From Myxococcota bacterium (GTDB lineage: Bacteria > Myxococcota_A > UBA9160 > JAFDDA01): DNA of 64,000 bases. The DNA lies in the NCBI GenBank assembly GCA_965228475.1, contig OZ245817.1:2848001-2912000 (forward strand), read 5' to 3'. The translations under genes and the position numbers were made by a program. The notes under the pieces were generated by a model. The model was given only the letters and a program-made list of their open reading frames with translations, did not search any database and was not told the DNA's origin. Shown one piece after another: positions 39,914 to 49,240 of this stretch. How positions within the stretch are numbered: the stretch's first letter is position 1; each line of letters starts with the position of its first letter.

Positions 39914-41872
39914 TCAGAGACCGTCCGCGAGATCCTCGAAGGCCCGGAAGCCGGTCTCTTCGCGAAACACGCAGAAGTGTCCGTCGTAGTCGACACTGGG
40001 GGTGCAGCGTTCGAGGCGGCCTTCGCGGCTGGCATCGGCGATCCAGCCGGGGCCGTCGTCGGGGACCTTGCTGTCCCCATCGCCTTGGAAGACGACGATC
40101 GGCACGGGGTGACTCGCCGCTACGGGCAGCGGATCGCCCCCGTCGAGAATCAACTGGAACGGGAAGCCCAGGGGGTGGAAGCGATCGATCCCGTCGAGGG
40201 CCTGGGGCGGCACTCCGAACAGTGCGCCTAGCACCTTGGGAGGCGTCGGGTCGTCGGGAAGCGGCACCCCCGAGAGCAGGAAGATCGTCTCCGCAATGCC
40301 CTCGAGCTCGAACAGGTCCGAGGCAAGGACCGAATGGAGCTGGAAACCGGACGTTCCGTTGATCAGGGCGCGCCGCGGCCCACTCCCGCCGTGGAGGGCC
40401 AGGGCCACGCCGCCGATCTGCGCTCCGATCGAGTGGCCGAACACGCCCAGCCGATGCGGATCGAGCCCGGCCCCCTCCCCGACCGCTGCCAGCACGTCCG
40501 GGAGTCCTTCGCGTGCGAAGCGCACCAGGACGTGTTGGTCGACCGCGCCCTGCTGCATGGCGGCGCGGAAGGCCGGAAGGTTGGGCACGTTCACCACGGC
40601 CAGATTCGTCTCGTAGCCTTCGTCGACGAGGGGATGCCGTCTGCCGAACAGGGGCTGGTCCGAGCTCAGCAACACCGTGCCGCGTTCGGCGAGTCTCCGC
40701 CGGATCTCCGGAATGTCGTTGCCGGGGCTCTTGCGCTGCACCGCCTCGTAGGCGTCCCCGCCGGAACCGTGCCCCCAGAGCACGATGCGCTCCGGCGAGA
40801 CGGCTCTCGGGACCTGGACGACGACGCGCATTGGCTCCGGCATTCCGGTCGAGAGCAGCCCCCCGTCGTCCGCGAACCGGATCCATCCATCGGTGCGATC
40901 GGTATCGGAGAGGATGCCGAGCCCGGGGCTCTGGTACGGACGGCCCTCGGGCGCCTGGAAGACGACGGTGTGCAGGGTGATCTGGAAGACCCGCATCGGA
41001 CCAGCGAGTACGTCGATCTCCTGGGCCGCGCCGCCGCTCACGCGACCGAGGTAGGTCACCTCCTCCCCTCCGTCGACGAAGCGCACCGTCTCGACCGTCG
41101 CCGCTCGCCCGGAGGGTGTCACCCCCTGCGCATAGCCGACGGAGGCCACCTCCCGAGGCGGCTCGAGGGGCTGGAGCGCTTCGGGAAACGCCTCGATGAC
41201 GGCATCCGTGGCACGTCTCAGCTCGAGGAGCTCCGACACCGGATCCTGGACCGTGAAGACCGTCGCGATCCCGGCCCGCCTGGCCAGCCGCCACGGCAAC
41301 TCCGCCGGAGGCTCCCAGCCCTCCGCCGGCCGCACCGCCTGGTGCGAAACGACGCACGCGTAGCGTTCACCGGGCCGGAGCGGGTGACGCTCGTCCGGCG
41401 TCACGATCAGCAGGCCGTCCCTCAAGTACGGATCGCCGAGCGCGTCCGCGCGATAGCGGACGCGGACCGGCACCCGATGCCCCGAATCGAGTGACACCAG
41501 CCGCACCGCGTCCCAGCGGCGGCTCTCGTAGGCCGAAGCCAGATCGGGCTCGCCATCGACGCGGAAGTAGATCGGGGTCATGGCGGAGAAGCCCCGGACG
41601 CTGCCCGCCACCTGGCCGAGCCAGCCTCCGAGGAACAGATCGCCCAGCGCCGGACCCGAGCGCGGAAACCCTTCGAGCGAGACGAGGCCGTCGCCTCCTC
41701 GAAGCTCGTCGGCGGGATACGGCCGATCGAGCAGGTGCCCACTGCGGTCGGGTGCGACGAGCGCGGTCGGCCGCGCGCTGCCGCTCGGCGGACACGCCTC
41801 GGGCGCGAAGCCGAGCCACGCGAGGAGGAGGAAGAAGATCGAGAAGTGGCTCTGGAAGGTGACGGCGTACAT
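39914..41872 (-). CDS. Secreted large alpha/beta hydrolase (lipase-like)
   Basis: N-terminal signal, PYPADEL, WGHGSGG, GHSIG, GDGDSKVP, DGHF. Confidence 0.7.
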   Translation of the reverse strand: MYAVTFQSHFSIFFLLLAWLGFAPEACPPSGSARPTALVAPDRSGHLLDRPYPADELRGGDGLVSLEGFPRSGPALGDLFLGGWLGQVAGSVRGFSAMTPIYFRVDGEPDLASAYESRRWDAVRLVSLDSGHRVPVRVRYRADALGDPYLRDGLLIVTPDERHPLRPGERYACVVSHQAVRPAEGWEPPAELPWRLARRAGIATVFTVQDPVSELLELRRATDAVIEAFPEALQPLEPPREVASVGYAQGVTPSGRAATVETVRFVDGGEEVTYLGRVSGGAAQEIDVLAGPMRVFQITLHTVVFQAPEGRPYQSPGLGILSDTDRTDGWIRFADDGGLLSTGMPEPMRVVVQVPRAVSPERIVLWGHGSGGDAYEAVQRKSPGNDIPEIRRRLAERGTVLLSSDQPLFGRRHPLVDEGYETNLAVVNVPNLPAFRAAMQQGAVDQHVLVRFAREGLPDVLAAVGEGAGLDPHRLGVFGHSIGAQIGGVALALHGGSGPRRALINGTSGFQLHSVLASDLFELEGIAETIFLLSGVPLPDDPTPPKVLGALFGVPPQALDGIDRFHPLGFPFQLILDGGDPLPVAASHPVPIVVFQGDGDSKVPDDGPGWIADASREGRLERCTPSVDYDGHFCVFREETGFRAFEDLADGL

Positions 41873-42078
41873 CGAGAGATCCGGTGCTGCAGCGGCGGAG
41901 AGGAACGAACCGGGCGCGGCGCTTCGACGCCTCAGCCGAAGGGCATCATTTCATGCGAGCCAGCCGGAGACAATGGCGCAGTGCGCGCCGGGCCTCGCTT
42001 CAAGCCGGTTGCGGCCCGGGCGGGACTCGCCGAACCTGCCCCGAGCGGTGCCCTTCGCAGCCTTGGGAGCAGCTGGCC

Positions 42079-43308
42079 ATGCAGCCCGGAACCGACGACG
42101 ACCGACCCAACGGTCGCTACGACATGGGTAGCTCGGGCGACCAGCGCCGCATTCGCTCGCTGGCGGACGAGTACCTGGCCTCCGGCGCCACGAGCGAAGA
42201 GCTCATCGAACGCGGGCGGCAACCGGGCACCCCGATCGACGTCGCCCTGGCCCTCCGGCTCGCCCGCTCGAAGCGCTACATCCGCGAGATCCGCTGGGAC
42301 GGCGAGCTCGCGGTCGTCATGGCGATGTGGGGTGAACGGCGGCGGCTTCGGCCTCGCGGGCCGGAGAACCCGACGGGAGAGGATTCACTCCACGCGAAGC
42401 TCGACCAGCTCGAGTGGCTCTTCCGCGACTCGGCCGTGCGCTGGAGCCTGCTTCCGGTCGACGATGGCGACCCGGAGGACAGCGCCTCGGTCGCCCGGGA
42501 ACGAGCCGCGGACCACCCGCTCGGAGACCGCGTCCGCGTGCTGCGCCTGGCGGACGCGCTGCCCGCGACCAACGGACCGCTCGCCACGCTTGCGGACGTG
42601 GACCAGTCGCGGAAGGGAGGCGCGATCGTGCTCGGCGCAGCCACCGCTCTCGAGCGGGGGGCCGACGCGATCCTGATCACGGATGCGGACAACTCGGTGC
42701 ACCTCGGACAGGCGGGGCTCCTGCTCGAACCGTTCGTCCGCCGAGGCAGCGACGTCGTCGTCGGCGACCGCAAGCACCCCGATGCCGTCCTCGTGAAGGC
42801 GGAAGCCCGCTGGGGCCCGGGCATCGTGGTCCTCCGGCACATGCAGCGCATGGTGGGGCGCGCCCTCTTCGGACGTGGGCTGCGCGACACCCAGGCCGCC
42901 TTCAAGCTCTACGGGCGCCGGGCGCTCGAGCCGGTGCTTGCAGCCCCCTCGACCTTCGGTTTCTCCTTCGACTCGGACTGGCTGCTCGCGGCCCTGGGCG
43001 CCGGAGCCGAGATCGAACGAATTCCTTTCGTCTTCACCGACTCCTTCGAGGAGTCCGCATCGATCGTGCAGGGCCCGATGACGACCTGGGAGTCCCTGCT
43101 CCAGGGCCTCGTCGCCGCCGCCCGGGCGCGCGGCGCCGACCACGACGAAGAGATGGCCACCGTCGTCGACGACTTCGGCCAGGCCGCCACCCTGGAAAAG
43201 GTCGTCGCCCGGGTCCCCGAAGCGCTCGTCGGCGTCTCGGACGCGGAGCTCGGCCAGCGCTCGACGATGACGCCGTCTGAACTTCGAACCTGGCTGGAGA
43301 CCCTGTGA
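42079..43308 (+). CDS. GT2-like glycosyltransferase (polyprenyl-phosphate glycosyltransferase-like)
   Basis: VDDG, RKGGAI, TDAD, GDR, DTQAAFKLY, FSFDSDWL; start uncertain. Confidence 0.75.
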   Translation: MQPGTDDDRPNGRYDMGSSGDQRRIRSLADEYLASGATSEELIERGRQPGTPIDVALALRLARSKRYIREIRWDGELAVVMAMWGERRRLRPRGPENPTGEDSLHAKLDQLEWLFRDSAVRWSLLPVDDGDPEDSASVARERAADHPLGDRVRVLRLADALPATNGPLATLADVDQSRKGGAIVLGAATALERGADAILITDADNSVHLGQAGLLLEPFVRRGSDVVVGDRKHPDAVLVKAEARWGPGIVVLRHMQRMVGRALFGRGLRDTQAAFKLYGRRALEPVLAAPSTFGFSFDSDWLLAALGAGAEIERIPFVFTDSFEESASIVQGPMTTWESLLQGLVAAARARGADHDEEMATVVDDFGQAATLEKVVARVPEALVGVSDAELGQRSTMTPSELRTWLETL

Positions 43309-44906
43309 GCGACACGACGGAGCGCTATGACGTGATCGTCATCGGTGCGGGCGTGAGTGGCATGTATGCGCTGCACCACTTCCGCGAGATGGGCCTGTCC
43401 GTGCGTGTGTACGACGGAGCGAGCGACGTCGGAGGGACGTGGTGGTACAACCGCTACCCGGGCGCGCGCGTCGACGGCCCGGGCAGCCCCTTCTACTGCT
43501 ACACCTTCTCCGACGAACTGATGAAAGAATGGGACTGGGCCGAGACCCAGTCCACGCAGGCCGACGTGCTGGCCTATCTCGAACACGTCGCCGACAAGTT
43601 CGATCTGCGCCGCGACATCCAGTTCGAGACCTGGGTCGAGGACGCGCGCTTCGACGAGACCGCGCGGCGCTGGACCGTCGAGACCCACGCGGGCACCCGG
43701 GCTTCGGCCCCGTTCCTGATCTGCGCGGTCGGCGCCCTCTCCACGGCGAACCGGCCCGACATCCCGGGGATCGAAGACTTCGCGGGCGAGTGTCACCACA
43801 CGGGGCGCTGGCCCCACGACCCGGTCTCCTTCGCCGGCAAACGCGTCGCCGTGATCGGCACCGGCTCTTCGGGGATCCAGGCGATTCCCGAGATCGCGCG
43901 TGAAGCGGCGCACCTGACCGTGCTGCAGCGCACGGCGCAGTTCTCCGCTCCGGCTGGAAACCAGCCCATCACGCCGGAAGAGATGTCCGAGGCCCGGCGG
44001 GACTGGGAAGTCATCCGCGCCCGGATGCTCGCGCACCCCGGCGGCTTCCCGTTCGAGCCCAACCCCCGCTCGGCCCTCGACGAGACGCCCGAGCAGCGCC
44101 GCGAACGGTACGAAGCACTCTGGCAGCGCGGCGGGTTCCGATTCTTCCTCGACGGCTACGCGGACATCCCGATCCACGAGGAGGCCAACGCCTCGCTCTC
44201 GGATTTCGTACGCGACAAGATCCTGGAGATCGTGAAGGACCCGGAGACGGCCCGGAAGCTCCTCCCGGACCACTTCATCATGACCAAGCGGCCGATCCTC
44301 GACAACGGCTACTTCGAGACCTTCAACCGCGAGAACGTCAGCCTCGTCGACCTGCGCGAGGACCCCATCGAGCGTTTCACCCCCACGAGCGTCATCACGC
44401 GAACGGGCGAGCACCCCATCGACATGCTCGTCCTCGCGACCGGCTTCGACGCCATCAGCGGCTCCATGCTTCGCCTGAACCCCATGGGGCGCGGTGGCGC
44501 CCGGCTCGAAGAGCGATGGAAGGACCGATTCCACAACTACCTGGGGCTCACCATCGCGGGCTTCCCCAACCTGTTCGTGATCCACGGCCCGGGCTCGCCC
44601 GGCGTCTTCTACAACATGCCCCTCGGAGCCGAACGACAGATGGAGTGGATCGGCAACCTCGTCCGGCACCTCCAGAAGCACGGACTCGCCGCCGCCGAAC
44701 CCACGAAGGAAAGCGAAGAGTCCTGGGCGAGTGAGGTCGACGCCATCGCGAATGCCACGCTCTTTCCGAGGACCGATTCCTGGTGGACCGGCGCGAACAT
44801 CCCGGGCAAGCCCCGGTATTTCTCGGCGTACCTCGTCGGCATGCTCTACTACCAACGGATCGCCGAGGTCGCCGCCGCGGATTACCCCGGCTTCGTCTTC
44901 GAGTGA
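43305..44906 (+). CDS. Baeyer-Villiger monooxygenase (cyclohexanone/steroid monooxygenase-like)
   Basis: GAGVSG, GGTWWYNRYPGARVD, FAGECHHTGRWP, GTGSSG, ATGFD, SWWTGANIPGKPR. Confidence 0.93.
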   Translation: MSDTTERYDVIVIGAGVSGMYALHHFREMGLSVRVYDGASDVGGTWWYNRYPGARVDGPGSPFYCYTFSDELMKEWDWAETQSTQADVLAYLEHVADKFDLRRDIQFETWVEDARFDETARRWTVETHAGTRASAPFLICAVGALSTANRPDIPGIEDFAGECHHTGRWPHDPVSFAGKRVAVIGTGSSGIQAIPEIAREAAHLTVLQRTAQFSAPAGNQPITPEEMSEARRDWEVIRARMLAHPGGFPFEPNPRSALDETPEQRRERYEALWQRGGFRFFLDGYADIPIHEEANASLSDFVRDKILEIVKDPETARKLLPDHFIMTKRPILDNGYFETFNRENVSLVDLREDPIERFTPTSVITRTGEHPIDMLVLATGFDAISGSMLRLNPMGRGGARLEERWKDRFHNYLGLTIAGFPNLFVIHGPGSPGVFYNMPLGAERQMEWIGNLVRHLQKHGLAAAEPTKESEESWASEVDAIANATLFPRTDSWWTGANIPGKPRYFSAYLVGMLYYQRIAEVAAADYPGFVFE

Positions 44907-44925
44907 GCGGCGAGAGAGGCCAGGC

Positions 44926-45753
44926 GTGAGCAAGCAAGCGAAGTATCTCGGCATGCGGCCCGGCGACCTCGACGGAAAGCCCTATGCCCGCCACTGGAAC
45001 CCCGACATGGGGCCGATGCAGGAACCGGCCCGCCGCGCCCTCTTGCACGGACCCGAAGCCTCGGAGCTCGGCTTCCCGTTCAGCGAAGTGCACCGGCTCC
45101 TCGAGCCCGGCGATCTGCCCCTCGAGAATGGCTACACGCGCCTTCCCAACGGTCAGGTCTTCGTCGCGGCGCTGACGAAGATGCCGGGTGTCACGAGCGC
45201 GATGATCGACTGGTGGTTCGGCTGGCACTACATGGAGTCCCAGCGGTACAAGCTCTGGCACCCCCGCGCGCACCTGTCGAACGGCGCCGAGAAGATGATC
45301 GGAGACGAGCCCGGCCTCTCCGACCGCGAGAAGTACCTGAACAACCCGAACTACGTGACCGAGTACGTCGGCTCGGAGCGGCTCGACATCGTGATCACCT
45401 TCCGCGACGCCGGCGAGCTCTTCGACGTCGCCCGATTCGAGGAATCCCGGACGGGCACGATCGTCTGCGGGACCGTCAGCCACCCCACCCTGCCGGTGGC
45501 GGTCGCGCGCCTCGTCCACCAGATCCGCGCGACCGACGACGGCTGCGAGATGCGAAGCCGCTTCTGGATGGGCGACGTCGAGCTGAAAGGAGCGGCGCGC
45601 TTCCTGAAGCCCGTGGCCAATGCCGGCTTCGTCACGCGCCGCGCCGTCTCCCTCTCCCAGGGTCGCGACCTCCTCGCGCACTGTGCGGCCGAGATGAACC
45701 ACCTGGCGAGCTTTCTCCCGGCGCTCTACGCGGACTACCACCCCGGGGCGTAG
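44926..45753 (+). CDS. DAPG hydrolase PhlG-family protein
   Basis: MIDWWFGWH, RYKLWHPRAH, EYVG, EMRSRFW, HCAAEMNHLASFLP. Confidence 0.85.
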   Translation: MSKQAKYLGMRPGDLDGKPYARHWNPDMGPMQEPARRALLHGPEASELGFPFSEVHRLLEPGDLPLENGYTRLPNGQVFVAALTKMPGVTSAMIDWWFGWHYMESQRYKLWHPRAHLSNGAEKMIGDEPGLSDREKYLNNPNYVTEYVGSERLDIVITFRDAGELFDVARFEESRTGTIVCGTVSHPTLPVAVARLVHQIRATDDGCEMRSRFWMGDVELKGAARFLKPVANAGFVTRRAVSLSQGRDLLAHCAAEMNHLASFLPALYADYHPGA

Positions 45754-45761
45754 CGTGTAGA

Positions 45762-45775
45762 ATGAACACGTTCAT
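45762..45775. promoter_or_regulatory. Palindromic operator upstream of TetR
   Basis: ATGAAC-AC-GTTCAT. Confidence 0.6.
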
Positions 45776-45799
45776 CGAATAGCCCGCCCCGAGGAAACC

Positions 45800-46405
45800 G
45801 TGCCGAGGAAGCCGGCGACTCCCGAACAACGCATGGAACTCCGACGCCGCCTCCGGCAGGCCGCGGAGGAGGTGTACGTCGAGAAGGGACTCCAGGGCGT
45901 CTCGGCTCGCGCCATCGCGAAGCGCGCGGGCGTCTCCCCGGGAACGCTCTACCTCCACTTCGAGAACCTCGAAGACCTGATGCGGTCGCTCTGGACCGAG
46001 CCGGTCGCCCGGGCCAACGAACGTCTCGAGCGGATTGCGAAGTCCCGTCGCGATCCGCTCCGGCGGATCCGCGCACTGCTCGAAGCGTACGTCGCCTTCG
46101 CGCGCGAGAACCCCATGGTGTACCGGCGGGTGATCCTCTTCGTGCGTCCGGAGACCCAGCCCTCCCCCGAGCGGCGGCCGCTGTCCGAGTTTCCGATCCA
46201 CGCCCTGCTCTGTGAGGCGATTCGCGAAGGTCAGGAGCGCGGCCAGATCCGCGCCGGCAACCCGCGCCAGATGGCCCAGGTGCTCTGGGCGTCGCTTCAC
46301 GGCGCTCTGGGCCTGCCCATCAACGTCGACGGGGCCGCCTTCGATCCGCCGGAGAAGCTCGCGCGCGCGACGATCCGGCTCCTCCTCCGGGCCATCGAGG
46401 CCTGA
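45800..46405 (+). CDS. TetR/AcrR family regulator (WHG-type)
   Basis: VSARAIAKRAGVSPGTLYLHF; WASLHG. Confidence 0.92.
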   Translation: MPRKPATPEQRMELRRRLRQAAEEVYVEKGLQGVSARAIAKRAGVSPGTLYLHFENLEDLMRSLWTEPVARANERLERIAKSRRDPLRRIRALLEAYVAFARENPMVYRRVILFVRPETQPSPERRPLSEFPIHALLCEAIREGQERGQIRAGNPRQMAQVLWASLHGALGLPINVDGAAFDPPEKLARATIRLLLRAIEA

Positions 46406-46416
46406 CGTCGTCGGGT

Positions 46417-47610
46417 CTAGCTCGCCGGTCGCAGCTCGTTCAGCGCGGCGCCGTTCTCGTAGAGGATCTTCGCCTGGTCGCCGAGCGAGAGGCCGTCGAG
46501 TTCCGCCTCGCCGAGGATGTCCATGGGCTGCTCCATCCCCTCCATGTGGGGCCAGTCGGAGCCGTAGATCACCCGGTCGGCCCCCATGTGCTCCACGACG
46601 TCCGTGATCTTGTCCTCCCAGAACGGGTTGATCCAGACGTTGCGCCGGAAGAGCTCGGCCGGATCTTCCTTGTAGTACCAGGGCATTCGCTGCTTCGAGT
46701 GTTCGAGCTTCACGAACAGATCGCCGAGGAAGCCCGAGCCGTTCTCGACCGAGCAGATCCGCAGGTTCGGGAACCGCTCGAACATCCGGTCGAAGGCAAA
46801 GGTGAGCAGGTAGTCGTAGATCGCACGTTCGGGAATCAGCCCCGCGACGGTCGGCTTCAGTCCTCCGCCGAGGGAGTCGATCGCCGAGTTCCCACCGTAG
46901 CCGTTCGACGTGTACCCGGTGCTCCCGACGTGGGCCACCACCGTGATGCCGGCCTCGTTCACGCGTGACCAGAACGGGTCGAAGCGCTCGTCGGTGTGCG
47001 GGAACCAGCCGTCGCGCGTCAGGATCGGCGACGGGCGCATGACGATCAGGCGCGCATCGTGCTCGAGGGCCCAGTCGAGCTCGCGGCAGGCCCAGTCGAC
47101 GTCGGCCAGGGTCAGATAGGGCGCGCTGAAGAGCTTGTCCTTGTAGCTGAGGCCCCAGTCCTCCTCGAGCCACCGGTTGAAACCCTCGGTCAGCACGCAG
47201 AGTGCCTCGATGTCCCGCGACATGGCCTGCTCGTACAGCACCCCTGCGGTCGGGAACAACCAGGCGCCGGCCAGGCCCTGCGCCTCGGCGCGAGCGACGC
47301 GCGCGTCCCGATCCATGTACTCGGGCGGCATCGGCTCGAGGGCCGAGCGGATGAGTTCGAGGAAGCTCTTCCCTTCCGGATTGCCCTGGTAGTACTCGCG
47401 CAGTACGCCCGGCTTCGAGATCGGGTTGAAGGTCGGGTTGCCGACGGCGTGGTTGAGCTTGCCGGCGACGAGATGGCGGCGCTTCCCGTCCATCTCGACC
47501 CACTGCACGCACCGCTTCTGCATGCGCTTGGGGACGTGGCGCATGAAGGCGTCTTCCGCCTCGTAGTAGTGGTTGTCGCAGTCGAAGAGAGGGCCGTCGT
47601 AGCGCTCCAT
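46417..47610 (-). CDS. Amidohydrolase family protein (amidohydro_2)
   Basis: FDCDNHYYE, FNRWLEEDW, VAH, ENG, GSDWPHMEG. Confidence 0.88.
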   Translation of the reverse strand: MERYDGPLFDCDNHYYEAEDAFMRHVPKRMQKRCVQWVEMDGKRRHLVAGKLNHAVGNPTFNPISKPGVLREYYQGNPEGKSFLELIRSALEPMPPEYMDRDARVARAEAQGLAGAWLFPTAGVLYEQAMSRDIEALCVLTEGFNRWLEEDWGLSYKDKLFSAPYLTLADVDWACRELDWALEHDARLIVMRPSPILTRDGWFPHTDERFDPFWSRVNEAGITVVAHVGSTGYTSNGYGGNSAIDSLGGGLKPTVAGLIPERAIYDYLLTFAFDRMFERFPNLRICSVENGSGFLGDLFVKLEHSKQRMPWYYKEDPAELFRRNVWINPFWEDKITDVVEHMGADRVIYGSDWPHMEGMEQPMDILGEAELDGLSLGDQAKILYENGAALNELRPAS

Positions 47611-47632
47611 GGGGGACTCCTTGATGGTCGGC

Positions 47633-48442
47633 CTAGCGGCCGCGGAACTCGGGTTTGCGCCGCTCGAGGAAGGAACGGATGCCCTCCTTCACGTCCTCGG
47701 AACGGCTCGCGATCCTCTGGTTGCGCGCTTCGAAATCGAGCAGGCTCTCGAAGGGCCGGTTCGCGCTTTCGTAGACCGCGGCCTTCGCGAAGCCGTAGGC
47801 CACGGTCGGTCCGTGGGCGAGCCGCTCGGCGAACTCGCGGGTCGCGTCGGCCAGCGCATCGGCAGCGACGACCCGGTTGACCAGGCCGAGCTCGAGGGCT
47901 TCGGCGGCGTCGATGATGTCGCCGGTGAACAGGAGCTCGAGTGCCTTGGCCGTCCCGACGAGTTCGCGCAGGAGGTGCGACGCACCCCCGTCGGGCGCAA
48001 GGCCGATCCGCGAGAAGACCACGCCGAAGCGCGCGACCTCCGAGACGATCCGCAGGTCGGCCGCGAGCGCCAGGCTGCAACCGATCCCGACGGCGTCGCC
48101 GTTGACGCTGGCGAGTACCGGTTTGGGGAGCGTGCGAAGGCGGAGGATGCACCGGTTGCCGCGGTCGAGGATGTCGCCCCCTGCGTCGCCCGGGAAGCTC
48201 GGCGCAGCCGTACGGCGGCGTTCCTCCTTGGAGACCGGCTTCAGGTCGGCGCCCGCCGAGAATCCCCGGCCGGCGCCGGCCAGCACCACGACGCGGACCT
48301 CCGGATCCCCCTCGATCTCGAGGAGGATCCGCTCCATGTCGAGAAACATCGCGTTCGTCAGCGCGTTGCGGGCGGCGGGACGATTCAGCGTGAACGTCGC
48401 GATACCACCGTACTTCTCGAAGAGGAGCGCATCGTCCGCCAT
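47633..48442 (-). CDS. Enoyl-CoA hydratase/isomerase (PaaG-like)
   Basis: LNRP..RNAL, FSAGADL, KPVLASVNG, GLAPDGG. Confidence 0.92.
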   Translation of the reverse strand: MADDALLFEKYGGIATFTLNRPAARNALTNAMFLDMERILLEIEGDPEVRVVVLAGAGRGFSAGADLKPVSKEERRRTAAPSFPGDAGGDILDRGNRCILRLRTLPKPVLASVNGDAVGIGCSLALAADLRIVSEVARFGVVFSRIGLAPDGGASHLLRELVGTAKALELLFTGDIIDAAEALELGLVNRVVAADALADATREFAERLAHGPTVAYGFAKAAVYESANRPFESLLDFEARNQRIASRSEDVKEGIRSFLERRKPEFRGR

Positions 48443-48445
48443 CGG

Positions 48446-49210
48446 CTAGCGGCCCTCCACGCGATGCACCATCGACCAGACCAGGCCCGGTGCGAAGCGG
48501 CGCATCACCTGGGCGAGCTTCGTCTGGGCCGTCGGGAAGCAGAAGGGCTTGCCCTTCGCGAGGTCCCGCTCGATGGCATCGAGCACCTGCCCGGGCGGAA
48601 TCGGCTTGCCCATCTCGAGCACCTTCGGCTTCGAGACGGCCTGGTCGAGCAGCGGCGTCGCCACCGGCGGCGGGCAGACGGCGATGATGCGAACCCCTTT
48701 GCCGAGGTTCTCGTGGTGGAGCACCTCGCTGAACGCCACCACCGCGAACTTCGCCGCGTTGTAGGCGCCGAAGTGCATCGTCGGGCCCCAGCCCGCGATC
48801 GATGCGAAGTTGATCAGGTCCCCGCGCCCCCGTTCGAGCATCCCGGGGAGGATGGCCTTGGCCACGTGCACGACGCCGTCGTAGTCGACGCGCATGATGC
48901 GGGTGATCGTCTCCGTGTCCTGCTCCATCAGGATCCCGGTGGGCATGATGGCCGCCGCATTGTAGACCCGGTCGATGGGCCCGAGCCGATCCTCCACCTC
49001 CTTCACCGTCGCGAGGACCGCCTGGTTGTCGGTCACGTCGAGACGCCACGTGTGAATGGCCTCGCGCCCCTCGGCCGTCTCGGCGAGTCCGGCCTCGTTG
49101 ACGTCGACGGCGGCGACCTTCGCGCCGGCATCCGCCATGCGCTGGGCGGCCAGCCGCCCCATGCCGCTCCCGCCTCCGGTCACGAACACCACCTGGTCTG
49201 CGAAGGGCAT
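48446..49210 (-). CDS. Short-chain dehydrogenase/reductase
   Basis: TGGGSGMG, YNAAK. Confidence 0.9.
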   Translation of the reverse strand: MPFADQVVFVTGGGSGMGRLAAQRMADAGAKVAAVDVNEAGLAETAEGREAIHTWRLDVTDNQAVLATVKEVEDRLGPIDRVYNAAAIMPTGILMEQDTETITRIMRVDYDGVVHVAKAILPGMLERGRGDLINFASIAGWGPTMHFGAYNAAKFAVVAFSEVLHHENLGKGVRIIAVCPPPVATPLLDQAVSKPKVLEMGKPIPPGQVLDAIERDLAKGKPFCFPTAQTKLAQVMRRFAPGLVWSMVHRVEGR

Positions 49211-49240
49211 CGTGTCTCCTCTCTTCGAGAACGCCTGCCG

